A DNA stretch of 52,346 nt from Octopus sinensis. Taxonomy: Eukaryota. The DNA lies in NCBI RefSeq assembly GCF_006345805.1, contig NW_021833972.1, positions 1 to 52,346 on the forward strand, in the 5' to 3' direction. The stretch's first letter is position 1, and each line of letters begins with the position of its first letter. The notes under the pieces are model-generated. The model was not told the origin of the DNA, searched no databases, and was given only the letters and a program-made list of their open reading frames with translations. This document shows, piece by piece, positions 1-11,872 of this stretch. Both the position numbers and the translations under genes were made by a program.

Positions 1-138
1 CGCGTGGCGTCATTCGAAGGCTAAAAACAATACGAACGCATTGTGACCAGCGATGTGTAACTATATCTGATGGACTGGTTGGTCACGTGATAGTGACATA
101 CATATATATATACACATATATATATATATATATATACA

Positions 139-469
139 CGAGCGTTCTGTTGGTTACGACGACAATGGACCAATCCGATCCGATCAACAGAACAGAATTG
201 CCCATGAAATTAACGTGCATATGACTGAGCACTCCACAGATACGGGTGCCCTTAATATAGTTCTCAGGGAGATTTAGCGTGACACAGGGTGTGACAAAGC
301 TGGCCCGTTTTGAAATACAGGTACTACTTATTTTTTTTTTTTTAGCTGAGTGGACTGGAGCAACGTGAAATAAAGTGTGTTGCTCAAGGACACAACGCAT
401 CCCCAGGAACTGAACTTATGACCTTACAATCTTGAACCAAATGATTTCAGCCACTAAGCCACACGCTTT
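139..469 (-). mobile_element. tRNA-derived SINE, family C (CORE-like central segment)
   Basis: Reverse complement matches the copy at 26087-26412: tRNA-like head GCGTGTGGCTTAGTGG...GTTCA and the block TTGTGTCCTTGAGCAA-ACACTTTATTTCACGTTGCTCCAGTCCACTCAGCT. Its 3' end runs into (TA)n. Confidence 0.85.
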
Positions 470-535
470 GATATATATTATATATATATATATATTATTA
501 TATATATATATATATTATGTTATTATTATATAATA

Positions 536-577
<42 letters not shown>

Positions 578-641
578 GTATATATATCTATATATATTAT
601 ATAATATATATATAATATATAATATACATATATATATAATA

Positions 642-673
<32 letters not shown>

Positions 674-799
674 CATATACATATAAGAATTTATATATAT
701 ATTTATATATATATAAATATGCATATATATATATATGTATGTATATATGTATAAGCATATACATATAAGAATTTTTTGCGTAATAAAATAAAAAAAACA

Positions 800-1270
800 A
801 GGCTGTATAGATATTAGAGCATTTATTGATAGAGGGTCTTATAGCTCTTTCTATGATATTAATTAATAATAATATCCCTTCAACGGAGACGGTGTGAGAA
901 GAAACTTGGGTCATAGTTAGTTTAGATATGATACAAAATAGAGAGTGAGGTGGAGGAAAGAAAATAGATGTAAGATGTGTATGGGTATTGAAGTTGTAAA
1001 TCCGTTTTATAGGCATAATGGTATATATGCAATATTCCAATACCCTTTGAGTAAAATTCAAAAGTCCAACAGAGTTTAGTATGAGTCCTTCCAAAGGTAG
1101 AGTTCATAAGCAATGTAAGATTCCCTTATGAGTGAGATCCTGCAGATTTTTAAACTTGGACATTCCCGGTAGAGAATTTATATACAGTGTTGCAGAGTCA
1201 AAGGTTTGTATTTCAAATGATCTAGAAATAAGGAGTGTATTAGCATGGTTAAATTGAAAACAGGAAGATA
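800..1270 (-). pseudogene. Possible heavily decayed Penelope-like reverse transcriptase fragment
   Basis: Minus frames give IQTFDSATLYINSLP (resembles the PLE RT motif TFDFSTLYTxIP), then YSKGIGI...YAYKTDLQL and HTVSVEGILLLIN in the order expected for RT motifs. Stops and frameshifts intervene. Similarity judged by eye only. Confidence 0.35.
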
Positions 1271-1565
1271 GGAATGAAAGAAAGAGAAAAAACAGGAAGA
1301 GAAAAAAGAGGGGAGAAAGAAAGACTGAAAGAGAAAGGCGAGAGAAGATTAGTAAAAATAACAAAATAATGAAAAATTTTGAAAAAGGCCCTGAATATAT
1401 GAATAAAGGGAATAAAGAAAAAAGAAAAATTAAAATATAGATCAGTCAGTGGTCAGTGGAGATAATTTGAAAGTAGGAGTGGGGATAGAGAGAGAGAAAG
1501 GTATTATGGTGTAAAAGATAGAGGAATGGGGGTGTTAAGAGGTTAAGGAAAGCCAGTGTGTCGTA

Positions 1566-1644
<79 letters not shown>

Positions 1645-1776
1645 TAGTCGCCATGATAGATCGTTAGACACTACACACATTTTTTTCTCCTTGTTTCTCC
1701 TTTGTTTTTTCGGTGTCCCTTTCTGTAGAAGAGCGTAGTAGTTTTTCGTAAAATACCCCTATAAATAAATAATATA

Positions 1777-1834
<58 letters not shown>

Positions 1835-2032
1835 TAGGTGAATGAATTATCCTATGTTTACGTCAGCATGGAAAATTCGTTTAACTGAAACCTGGGTAGC
1901 AAATTCACGTCAGAAAACATGGTTGAAGCGACTTGTCAAGTGTAGAAACTCCGGGTTCCTGTGTAGAAATTTGCGTGTTGTATATGAATAAATGAAAGAA
2001 TGGAGTCCAACGAAGATGTTAACAAAATTCCT

Positions 2033-2121
2033 TTACTCTCGACACATGTTTCGAAGACAGCATATTTTTATTCCGAAGGAATAAATGGTGCATTATGCAA
2101 TCTTCTCATCAGGAAAGATAA
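2033..2121 (-). ncRNA. Type I hammerhead ribozyme motif (left arm)
   Basis: Mirror copy of 2383-2471. CUGAUGA corresponds to tcatcag at 2106-2112 and GUC to gac at 2041-2043. Confidence 0.75.
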
Positions 2122-2382
2122 GGAGCCTCTCTCAACCACAAGACGAACAAAAATTTCGATGATTGCCTACATGGTAACCACAGCGATAATAAGTGGTTTT
2201 TTTTTTTTAAATCCGTTATAAGCATTGACGTCAAAAATGGGTAGTAGGAGAAAGTAAAAATACCCATTTTTGACGTCAATGCTTAAAACGGATTTTTTAA
2301 AAAAACATCACTCATTATCGCTGTGGTTACCATGTAGGCAATCATCGAAATTTTTGTTCGTCTTGTGGTTGGGAGAGGCTCC

Positions 2383-2471
2383 TTATCTTTCCTGATGAGA
2401 AGATTGCATAATGCACCCTTTATTCCTTCGGAATAAAAATATGCTGTCTTCGAAACATGTGTCGAGAGTAA
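2383..2471 (+). ncRNA. Type I hammerhead ribozyme motif with extended stem II
   Basis: UUAUCUUUC-CUGAUGA(2392-2398)-GAAGAUUGCAUA...UAUGCUGUCUUC-GAAAC-AUGU-GUC-GAGAGUAA. All core nucleotides are present, the first stem II pair is G-C, and cleavage is predicted after C2463. Confidence 0.75.
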
Positions 2472-3090
2472 AGGAATTTTGTTAACATCTTCGTTCGGCT
2501 CCATTCTTTCATTTATTCATATATATATATATATATATATATACCTACATGCATATATATATTTATACATATATACATATACATACCTGTGTATGTGTGT
2601 GAGTGGTGATATTGGCGTTTGTGCTGCATTCGTTGAATCCAACTCAGAATGATCATCAAGTAAAAAGGATGTTTAAAACGAATTTACCCAGATTATATAC
2701 ACATTGGCGACAACAAATCCGTCGATCGAGAAGGAACTAAACTTCCATCAGAATCTTCGCAGAATTCACGTATTTCCTTCACTCTACATACCACAAAATA
2801 TGTGATGGTCTTCGCTGTGCTCACGGTTATTAATGGGATCATGACTTCATAAAGAACATCAGGAACGAATCAGAAAGCAGGAATCTACGCGAGTGATCTA
2901 TGAACTTCATAGAGGGAGAGAACTTCATATTATTTCGAGAGAAAATAAACAAATATTTAAGGCTTTTGCACAAACACGTGAACGTAAAGACACACACATA
3001 CACACGCAAAGAAACACACACACATATATATACATAAATATTATCTATCTATCTATCTATCTATCTATATATATATATATATATTTATAC

Positions 3091-3121
<31 letters not shown>

Positions 3122-3122
3122 T

Positions 3123-3215
3123 ATACAAACACACGCATACACCACACAGACACACAAACGCACATATACACACACAAAGCACATTTATTCAAGAAGAATT
3201 AAAACTCAAACCTAC

Positions 3216-3272
<57 letters not shown>

Positions 3273-3283
3273 ATATATACATA

Positions 3284-3329
<46 letters not shown>

Positions 3330-4034
3330 ATTATATATATATGTATATACATACATATATACACGTGTGTGGATGCCCCGGCATACGTACATCATCCTCC
3401 ATTGTTGTCGTCCCTTGACAAATTGTATGACTGTAGACATTAAAGGAAAAATGTAAATACCATGTCATTCATTTTGGCTTACATTTCTTGTACATCATCA
3501 TCATCACCATTGCAATCGCCGTTGACGATATCATCATCATCGGCATCATCTTCATCATCCCGTCCCTTTCTCCATTTCCTTCGGTCTCTTCTTCTTCTTC
3601 TTCTTCTTCTTCTTCTTCTTCTTCTTCTTCTTCTTCTTCTTCTTCTTCTTCTTCTTCTTCTTCTTCTTCTTCTTCTTCTTCTTCTTCTTCTTCCTCTCTG
3701 CCTCCCACTCTTCTCATACTTCTCTCCTCCCCACCACTTCACTCTGCCCTCACCCTTTCAGACCTACATCTCCACACAATCCATCTTGTAACAGCTGTTT
3801 CATTAGAAAAGATAGAGATCTCACTGAAACTGTTGTTTTCAATGTTGTTGTTTTTCGCCTTTTTATGCATACCATCACAATTTCACACACACACACACAC
3901 ACTCACACACACACACAGACACGCACACTCACACACACATACACAAACACACGCATACACCACAACAGACACATTCACAAACGCACATATACACACGCAA
4001 AGCACATTTATTCAAGAAGAATTAAAACTCAAAC
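3123..4034 (+). repeat. ~90-bp direct repeats (3123-3211 and 3943-4034) about 820 bp apart
   Basis: Shared unique core CAAAGCACATTTATTCAAGAAGAATTAAAACTCAAAC in both copies, each followed by TA-rich microsatellite. Confidence 0.8.
3586..3694. repeat. (TCT)n microsatellite
   Basis: Long pure TCT run; source of the poly-S/L/E/R ORFs. Confidence 0.95.
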
Positions 4035-4407
4035 ATATGTATACATATGTATGTATGTATGTATGTTTGAATATATTATGTGTGTGTGTGTGCATGTATA
4101 TGTATGTATATATATATATACTTTTATAATATATATAATATATATATATATAGATATATGTATGTATGTACATGTGTATATATATATATGTATGCATGTA
4201 TGTATGCTTGTAGATATATATATATATGTGTGTGTGTGTATGTATAAACATACATGTGTGTATATATGTTTTGGCTCATCACCATCCTAGAATAATATTT
4301 GCACAAACTGAAAACTACATTTTTACTTATATATTGAAGCTCATTCTGTTTAAGCTGACGTCCATGGAAGGCTTTAACTTCATAAGTGTATGCATCTGTG
4401 TGTGAGC

Positions 4408-4460
<53 letters not shown>

Positions 4461-6080
4461 GAGAGTGAGTGAGTGAGTGAGTGAGTGACAGAGAGAGTGA
4501 CAGAGAGAATTATGCGAATGAACAAATAGAATTGCTTTGGTCTGATATGCAAAATATATATATACATGTATACCTGTAGAGAGAGAGAGAAAGCAAAGAT
4601 TGAAGACTTTCAGACGATCAACATTCAAGTATAGATATGGAGATATTTATATTTCAACAGAGGAAATGTAAACAAGCGACAGAGAAAATTCAAGGTGAGA
4701 AGGTATGGTCTTATAAGTCCGACAGCTGTTTCTGGGAGCTGGGAGATCCTTCATAATATTAGCAGATGTAATTCACCAGAATATGCAATTAGTAATAGAA
4801 GCAAATAAACACTGGTTGATTCCAGCTTTCGTTGGCAGGGTAGAAAAAAATCCGACATTTTAAATCATAATGAAGAGAAGATGGAGAGAAGCTTAATTGT
4901 CTTTGCTGTGTGATTTATTGATATTTAAATATTTAAATATTTAAATATCTAAATATTAATAATGAATATTCATCGTCTGAAAATGTTCAGTCTTTACTTT
5001 CTCTCTATTTACATGTACAGATATTTTGTATATCAAAGCCAAGCAGTTTTAATTGTTTATGTGCATCAGTGTCTCCTTATCTACTCACCTGGATTCCTCT
5101 ACTAACCGCTCTTTATTCCACGCATTCGGTCCCTAATAAAGCTATCGGAGTGTTAGTTCAAATCATTCGAGCGTTACTAAGTGTCTAAAAATGTCTAAAA
5201 ATGCCTTTTTTTTTCTTTGTTAGCGCATTCAAAGAAACAAAGTGTCGGTCAGAACCTAGGAGAATGTTATGGCAAGAATCATGACACCCCTTCTAAGAAT
5301 GGACTTGCTGAACTCGCATAAGTAGTAGTTTTTGACTGAGAGTGAAAGATGAGAAATTGCAGAAAGTCGAAAGGTGTCGTTCGTGAGTTCGTGGAGTCGC
5401 AGGAAATTGTTGAGAAGTTGTTATAGTTCGTTGAGAGTTGTTTTGGAATGGTTACATTTGTTGGTAGAGTATTTGGGGAATACATCAAGTGGAGATTGTT
5501 GGTATCTACCCCGTTCCTTGGTACTATACATCACACTGTATTTGTGCACGACGCTAAGGTGACATATACAGAAACCACATTATAAAAGAGAAAAAAAAAA
5601 CGTTTGGCTCACCTTCATGGCGTTTGAAACGATTTTATATACGACAAACTTCTACAGCAGTGTAAAGGTACCAGTTGTCATGGATTTCGTTTGTATGTTG
5701 ATCTGTCTTTCTAGTGACATAATGACAATGCCTGGAACTGTCCATCCTCAATAATAATATAGAGCTTTATTACTTAAATGCCTGTCCTGTAACACGATAG
5801 TAGATTGTAGATCCTTAAATCATCTGGTATAACTGGAGAGTCTAGTAACAGAAGGCTGCAGGTTTGTGTTGTCGCTTTCTAGCCAGAATTCTAAAAATCA
5901 GTGGCACAAGACCATGGTCGATGGCGACTGGGATTAAATAGAATTTGTCTCCAGCGACCCCAGAACGACAAAAAAACTGATATAGGCGTCGTCGTGTGAA
6001 ATTTGCTAACATTGCTTGATGTCGACAGCTCTACATGCCGACCTCGAGATGGTTCTCCCATTATCCTCTTTGATGAATTA

Positions 6081-6167
6081 CTACGGTGAAGACATTGTTG
6101 CAATCAGTGTGTTTAGGCTACGTAAAGAATGTAGTCTGGGCGTGGTCGAAGAAGTCTCTGCATTCTT
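6081..6167 (-). CDS. Candidate exon C of an unidentified small spliced gene
   Basis: Acceptor ttttgattttgctattctag|AAG. Phase 0 matches exon B and it reads KNAETSSTTPRLHSLRSLNTLIATMSSP-stop. No homology recognised. Confidence 0.2.
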   Translation of the reverse strand, partial: KNAETSSTTPRLHSLRSLNTLIATMSSP

Positions 6168-6283
6168 CTAGAATAGCAAAATCAAAATCAAAATTAGTCA
6201 TCATAATCTTAGCATCGGCTTTGATGTGAGGAATTGTAACATGAATTAAGACACCAGTTGGCACCAGAGAGCGGCTAATATAC

Positions 6284-6351
6284 CTTATTCACATCTTGCC
6301 TTTGCATAGAGTCGCTAACGTCTGTGAGTGCCTGTGCACCATTACTAACAT
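6284..6351 (-). CDS. Candidate exon B of an unidentified small spliced gene
   Basis: Acceptor ttgtgttgtttttcag|AT and donor AAG|gtatat. Open frame (D)VSNGAQALTDVSDSMQRQDVNK; phase 1 matches exon A. Confidence 0.3.
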
Positions 6352-6515
6352 CTGAAAAACAACACAAATACCGCTTTTATTTTGCATTTAATGTTATTAA
6401 GTTAGTAAAATACGATAATCCTCTCCCAGTGGATAATTTTAATGCAAGTATTAAGAAAATAAAGAATCCAGCAGCGATGGTATCATTTTTCTCTGAGTGT
6501 GTATGGAGCACAATC

Positions 6516-6593
<78 letters not shown>

Positions 6594-6613
6594 TTACTAC
6601 TACTACCACCACC

Positions 6614-6664
<51 letters not shown>

Positions 6665-6680
6665 GCTGCTGCTGCTACTG

Positions 6681-6722
<42 letters not shown>
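6516..6722. repeat. (CTA)n microsatellite with CCA/CTG interruptions
   Basis: Direct inspection. Confidence 0.95.
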
Positions 6723-6723
<1 letters not shown>

Positions 6724-6758
6724 ATACAGGCACAACTGGTTAGACTGCTAAAGAATTC

Positions 6759-7173
6759 GGATCTTTTCGGTTTGAACGGCAGTTTTTAACATAATTTCTA
6801 GGTAACTAAAAAAATTTAAACTTCGTATACTGGTAGAATGTGTTTATAAAACATCTTTTTCTCTTGGCTTTATTGAGAAAATTCTATAGTTCGTAAGATA
6901 TTTGTTGATTTTTTTTTTCTTCAATTTCTGCAATTTCAACCAATCACTGACGTCTATCGAGGTAAAAAAAACATTCTGTGCCGTATGAATATGTCCCTCG
7001 TTTAAGAAACAGTTTGGTTTATTTATATTTGTGAAGAAAAAAAGATACCCTTCCCCCACCCCTAACCCTAAAACAGATTGAAATACAATAGATAGATACT
7101 AGGGTCATAATTATGGGTGTCAATTTCATATGACACCGCTAGAAAAAAACTGCCGTTCAAATCGAAAAGATCC
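6759..7173 (-). mobile_element. MITE copy 1 (Merlin-like: GG termini, 8-bp TSD)
   Basis: TIR GGATCTTTTCGGTTTGAACGGCAGTTTTT. Flanks AAGAATTC/AAAAATTC (one mismatch). Opposite orientation to the other four copies. Confidence 0.9.
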
Positions 7174-7554
7174 AAAAATTCCTTGCTTCGCGCTACAAGT
7201 AACCTTAGATGCCAAGCACCAAAATTCTCCCGAATAACACTGTTTTCTGAAGCAGCACTAAACCACGCTTTATAACTATTTCCTCAATGCATTTGTTCAA
7301 ATCTTTAGGAATAGTTCCCCAATGCACCTATACTGTTGGGATACATTTTACTTTCACTTTCTCAAGCTTCTGTAACTCAAAGACTAGGCCCACATACTTT
7401 GCTGTTTTTGAGATTGTCTCCGCTTCTCAATTGGAATTGGTCTTTATTGCCACAAAGCATTTATTTAATCGTCTCTGGAAACAAAATTTCGATAAATCCC
7501 AAATTTACATCGTGTTTAACAGTTTCTTGAACTCATCCCTACTTCATGTCTGTG

Positions 7555-7856
7555 AGTGTGTGTGTGTGTATGTATACATGTATGTATGTAGGTGCGTACG
7601 TGTGTGTGTGTGTATACATGTATGTATGTAGGTGCGTACGTGTGTGTATGTGTGTATACATGTATGTATGTAGGTGCGTACGTGTGTGTGTGTGTGTATA
7701 CATGTATGTATGTAGGTGCGTACGAGTGTGTGTGTGTGTGTATACATGTATGTATGTAGGTACGTACGCGTGTGTGTGTGTGTACATGTATGTATGTAGG
7801 TGCGTACGTGTGTCTGTGTGTGTGTGTGTATACATGTATGTATGTAGGTGCGTACT
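7555..7856. repeat. Minisatellite, about 7 copies of (GT)n-ATACATGTATGTATGTAGGTGCGTAC (~40-bp period)
   Basis: Units read directly; the (GT)n part varies in length. Confidence 0.9.
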
Positions 7857-8694
7857 TGTGTGTCTGTAAGTGCATATATGTGCTTATACGTTTATTGCGA
7901 ATGTATGTATGCATGTATTTACATGTATATATATGTAAATATGTACCTCTGTATGTATGCATGTGTATTCGTGTATATGTGTATCTGCGTAGGTGCATAT
8001 ACGTGTATGTACATATCTATATATGCATGTATGCATGCATGTATATATGTTCGTATGTATGTATGTGTGTATGCATATCTGTGCATGTATTCTAGCAAAG
8101 AAAAGAAAGGAATAGCGAAAAGCTTATATCAAGATGAAATGGCCATGCCTGAACAGTAGCCAGCCTGACTGCCTGACTGCCTGACTCAAGCAGAAAGACA
8201 AACAGTGGAAAAGCCACGGAAATACTCACAGACAGACAGAGAGAGAGAGAAGGGTTGCAGTAAACTGCAATGACAGAGGTACATATTTCACAATTAAACC
8301 TTAGAATTAATGTTGATCCTAATTCAAAGTGAAATGAGACAGCATAAATGATTACTTAGCAGGATCTGCTATAACGCACAAGGAACTGTCGGCTCTCTGT
8401 AATGTATTTCTGTCTAGTCGTCGCAGAAATTCCACCACCCATCGCCCTCCCTCCCCTACAATTACACACTACCTCCCGCTACCACCATTTTCAACGCCAT
8501 TGCCATTCTATAGAACCGCAAATGTTTCCTCTACAACTATCACCCACCACCAACGCCACCACCGCGGCAAACGCTACCATCACAGTACAGTCTCCTCCAC
8601 CCCTACTCTTCATTTTCTATGCTTTGTGTTTGGTAGGATTGTCATGAAACACGTTGGCTTTCTGATTCTTGCCAACGTACTTTAAACCTATACG

Positions 8695-8735
<41 letters not shown>

Positions 8736-8985
8736 GTGAAATAGAAAGATGAATATCTGTAGTAGATTAATCAAAAGTTTAACCGATACCTTAGTAGCAA
8801 AAATCACAGCAGTAAACAGCACGGTTGGAGGTACAACCATCTGGCGTTGCAACCGTGCGTTGGTGCGGATAATTGAAATTAAACATTTTGGTGATTGAAG
8901 AATGGAGCTGAACGCAGATTGAACAGAATCGTTTTATTTCATTATATATATATATATATATTTAAATTCATATATATATATTATA

Positions 8986-9018
<33 letters not shown>

Positions 9019-9039
9019 CGTTTAAATATTTGTTGTGCA

Positions 9040-9257
9040 AGTTTTTTATGTGAAGTCGTGTGTTGAAATAGATATTGTTAATTTCGGAATGGTCATATTG
9101 CCAGTTTAGCCAATGTGTGACGAAAGAACTTTGGCCGAAATAAGATTAAGATTAATGTAAAAAATAAATATCACTGAAGCAAAATAACACCAAATATATA
9201 GTGCGTGTGTTTTTATTGGCTAAACTGGCAAATGACCATTCCGAAATATAACAATAT
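9040..9257. repeat. Inverted repeat (~43-bp arms, ~9072-9114 and ~9215-9257) in (TA)n, PLE-tail-like
   Basis: ATATTGTTAATTTCGGAATGGTCATATTGCCAGTTTAGCCAAT versus its near reverse complement. There is an AATAAA in the ~100-bp spacer and (TA)n on both sides. Confidence 0.8.
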
Positions 9258-9393
9258 ATTATATATATATTATATATATAGATTCTATATATATAATATA
9301 TATATATTATATATATAATAATATTATATATATATAATTTAGATAATTATATTATATATATATATATAAATGTATATATATATATACATTTAT

Positions 9394-9556
9394 ATATTGG
9401 CAGGGCTTACTGCTAGGGAGTCGGCCGTATGCTAGAAATAGACCATCAACGGTCAAACTACAAGGAAATTCCTCTAGAGAATTTCCTTGTAGTTTGACCG
9501 TTGATGGTCTATTTCTAGCATACGGCCGACTCTCTAGCAGTAAGCCCTGCCAATAT
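9394..9556. repeat. Near-perfect 78-bp-arm palindrome in (TA)n
   Basis: Arms 9394-9471 and 9479-9556 with a 7-nt loop and one G/A difference. Confidence 0.92.
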
Positions 9557-9706
9557 ACACATATATTAGAATTTTCTCTGACTCCTCAAATTTTTGTATG
9601 CTGGACTACTGGTTTTAAATTGATATTAAAATTAATATTAATTTATCTCCCTCATTATTTAAATATACATTTATATATATATAATATAATATATATATAT
9701 ATATAT

Positions 9707-9760
<54 letters not shown>

Positions 9761-9782
9761 TATACACATTTATATATATATA

Positions 9783-9813
<31 letters not shown>

Positions 9814-10807
9814 GATATATAATAATAATATATATATATATTATATATACTATTATATATATATATATAATGTATATATATATATATATATGAACCTACA
9901 TATATACTCAGCATTTGTATGCATCCACGTATGCAAGTCTCGGTTTTGTGTATGCGTATATATGTATACTTTCGAAAATTTTCTTTATTAATATGAACTT
10001 TTCCTAGAAGCACTGAATTGGTTTCTAAAGCAAAGCGTAAAGTCCGTCAATGGAATTTGAATAAACACTAATATAATTGTTACGTTTTGAACTTTAGACG
10101 TCTAATGTATTGTCACATAGAGATAAACACACATTTACAAGCGTGTTAAACGGTCAATATGTAGTTCTGTATGTCAGTGGGTCTGTGCCTCACCTTACGC
10201 ATGTATGTTTCTGAATGAATGACTGCATAGACAGGGGTACGTACACTTATACATATGGTTCATTCAAAACTGTGCTTGGCTTATCAAAAACGTAAAGAAT
10301 CTTTACCACGCTTGGCAGCATATTGTCTGTTTTTACGTTCTCAGTTCAAATTCCTCCGAGGTCGACTTTGCCATTTATCCTTTTGGGGCTGATCAAATAA
10401 GTATCAGTTGTGATCCATATAAACGACTTGACCCGGAACGATATTGCTGTCCATCGGCTTAAGTGTGGAACCAATATTAGAAAAGGCAACATCAAAGTTG
10501 GTTTGGTCCTGAGAATATCACTAGAAACAATTAATGAAATTCTACCTCGATCATCTGGAATTCGAAATGGTTGGAATATTGTCTGAAGATTAGTTTTCCT
10601 CTCTTAAGCAAGTGTATCTACTATTTGTATTTTATAACATAGTGTGTGTGTATGTGTAGAAATGCACATACTATCTGGGTATGCGCCTACGCCTCGAAGT
10701 TCATGAAGTAATAACTTATGGCAAAGCTACAAGAACAAGGAAACATTCAAGCTCGTTTTGGCCACTTACATTCGTTGTTTTGCTTATTATATATACATAT
10801 ATAGTCA

Positions 10808-11155
10808 TAGAAGTGGCTGTGTGGTAAGTAGCTTGCTTACGAGCCATATTGTTCCGGGTGCAGTCCCACTGCTTGGCACACTTGGGCAAGTGTCTTTTAC
10901 TATAGCCTCGGGCCGACCAAAGCATTGTGAGTGGATTTAGTAGGCGGAAACTGAAAGAAGCCCTTCGAGTATATATATATATATATGTGGGAGAGGGTTG
11001 TCCTTCCATCGTCGCTTGACAACCGATGTTGGTGTATTTACGTCTCCGTAGCTTAGCGGTTCGGCAAAAGATACCGATAGAATAAGTACTAGTCTTGTTC
11101 GACTAAAAATGCGGTGTCCAGCATGACTGAAACAAATAAAAGAATATAAGAATAA
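10808..11155 (+). mobile_element. tRNA-derived SINE, family A (3' internally deleted)
   Basis: Head AGTGGCTGTGTGGTAAG...GTTCCGGGT, internal (TA)n and tail GACTGAAACAAATAAAAG. Matches five other copies in the window. Confidence 0.9.
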
Positions 11156-11183
11156 AAACATACATGGATACATACATACATAC

Positions 11184-11217
<34 letters not shown>

Positions 11218-11244
11218 TATATGTATGCATGTATGTATGTATAT

Positions 11245-11872
11245 ATTAATAAATTTTAGGGTAGCAAAATATTCTAGAAAAATTCTCCGCTACCAGCGAT
11301 CAAGTGAGAGAGAAAAAATTGTCAATAGACTATGTAATATACATTCAAACATATAAGGGATGGCCATAATAGGACATCCGACTCATTAGAAAGAGCAGCT
11401 AAACTCCAAACAACTAATAGATGTAATTCTGAAATGGAAAGAGAAATAAAAATGTTTACCCTCTCCTTTCTGGACTATGCATAGTTTCGGCAATCTTTTG
11501 TAAATAAAATTAATTTATTTACCACTGGCGTTGCCTCTTCAGCAGAAAAGCCAAGGACTACCATATATTCACGAGGCGATAACGAGCATGCCTCGAGTCT
11601 ATATGCTATAAATTTTCAAAATCCACCACACTCGCGCGGTTCTCAGCAGTAAATATAAACTGTCGATTTAATTTCAAAATTAGCCAAAAAAATCATTAAT
11701 TAATAAATTTTAGGGTAGCAAAAAATTCTACAAAAATTCTCCGCTACGACGGTAAACGTTTTTATTTCTCTTTCCATTTCAGAATTACAACTATTAGTGG
11801 TTTGGAGTTTAGCTGCTGTTTCTAGTGAGTCGGATGTCCTATTATGGCTATCTCTTATATGTTTGTATGTAT
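11245..11872 (-). mobile_element. Retrozyme-like non-coding HHR element: ~454-nt unit with 49-nt terminal redundancy plus an inverted partial copy
   Basis: Direct repeats 11245-11293 and 11699-11747. Segment 11751-11872 is the reverse complement of 11339-11460. One canonical HHR inside, no ORF, and TA-rich microsatellite on both sides. Confidence 0.75.
11467..11548 (-). ncRNA. Canonical type I hammerhead ribozyme
   Basis: UUUCUG-CUGAAGA-GGCAA...UUGCC-GAAAC-UAUGCAUA-GUC-CAGAAA. Perfect 6-bp stem I, 5-bp stem II and palindromic stem III (ACUAUGCAUAGU). Cleavage is predicted between 11473 and 11472. Confidence 0.88.

Larger units (their letters stand above)
1832..2523. mobile_element. Head-to-head fold-back insertion of an HHR-bearing (Penelope/retrozyme-like) repeat in (TA)n
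   Basis: Arms ~1981-2243 and 2261-2523 are near-identical reverse complements around a 17-nt spacer (ORFs 2000-2221+ and 2283-2504- are near-identical). The left copy continues ~150 nt further. Both outer ends abut (TA)n. Confidence 0.85.

Noticed and set aside
2000-2504. Twin 73-aa ORFs on opposite strands
   Set aside because: A consequence of the DNA palindrome. The sequence is better explained as a hammerhead-containing repeat.
4661-4694. 34-nt AG/GT-bounded micro-exon candidate (a similar candidate lies at 47472-47553)
   Set aside because: Splice-like signals alone are common in AT-rich DNA, and there is no recognisable protein or partner exon.
7555-7856. Regularly spaced repeats superficially like a CRISPR array
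   Set aside because: The spacers are only (GT)n of varying length, the context is eukaryotic and there are no cas genes. It is a minisatellite.
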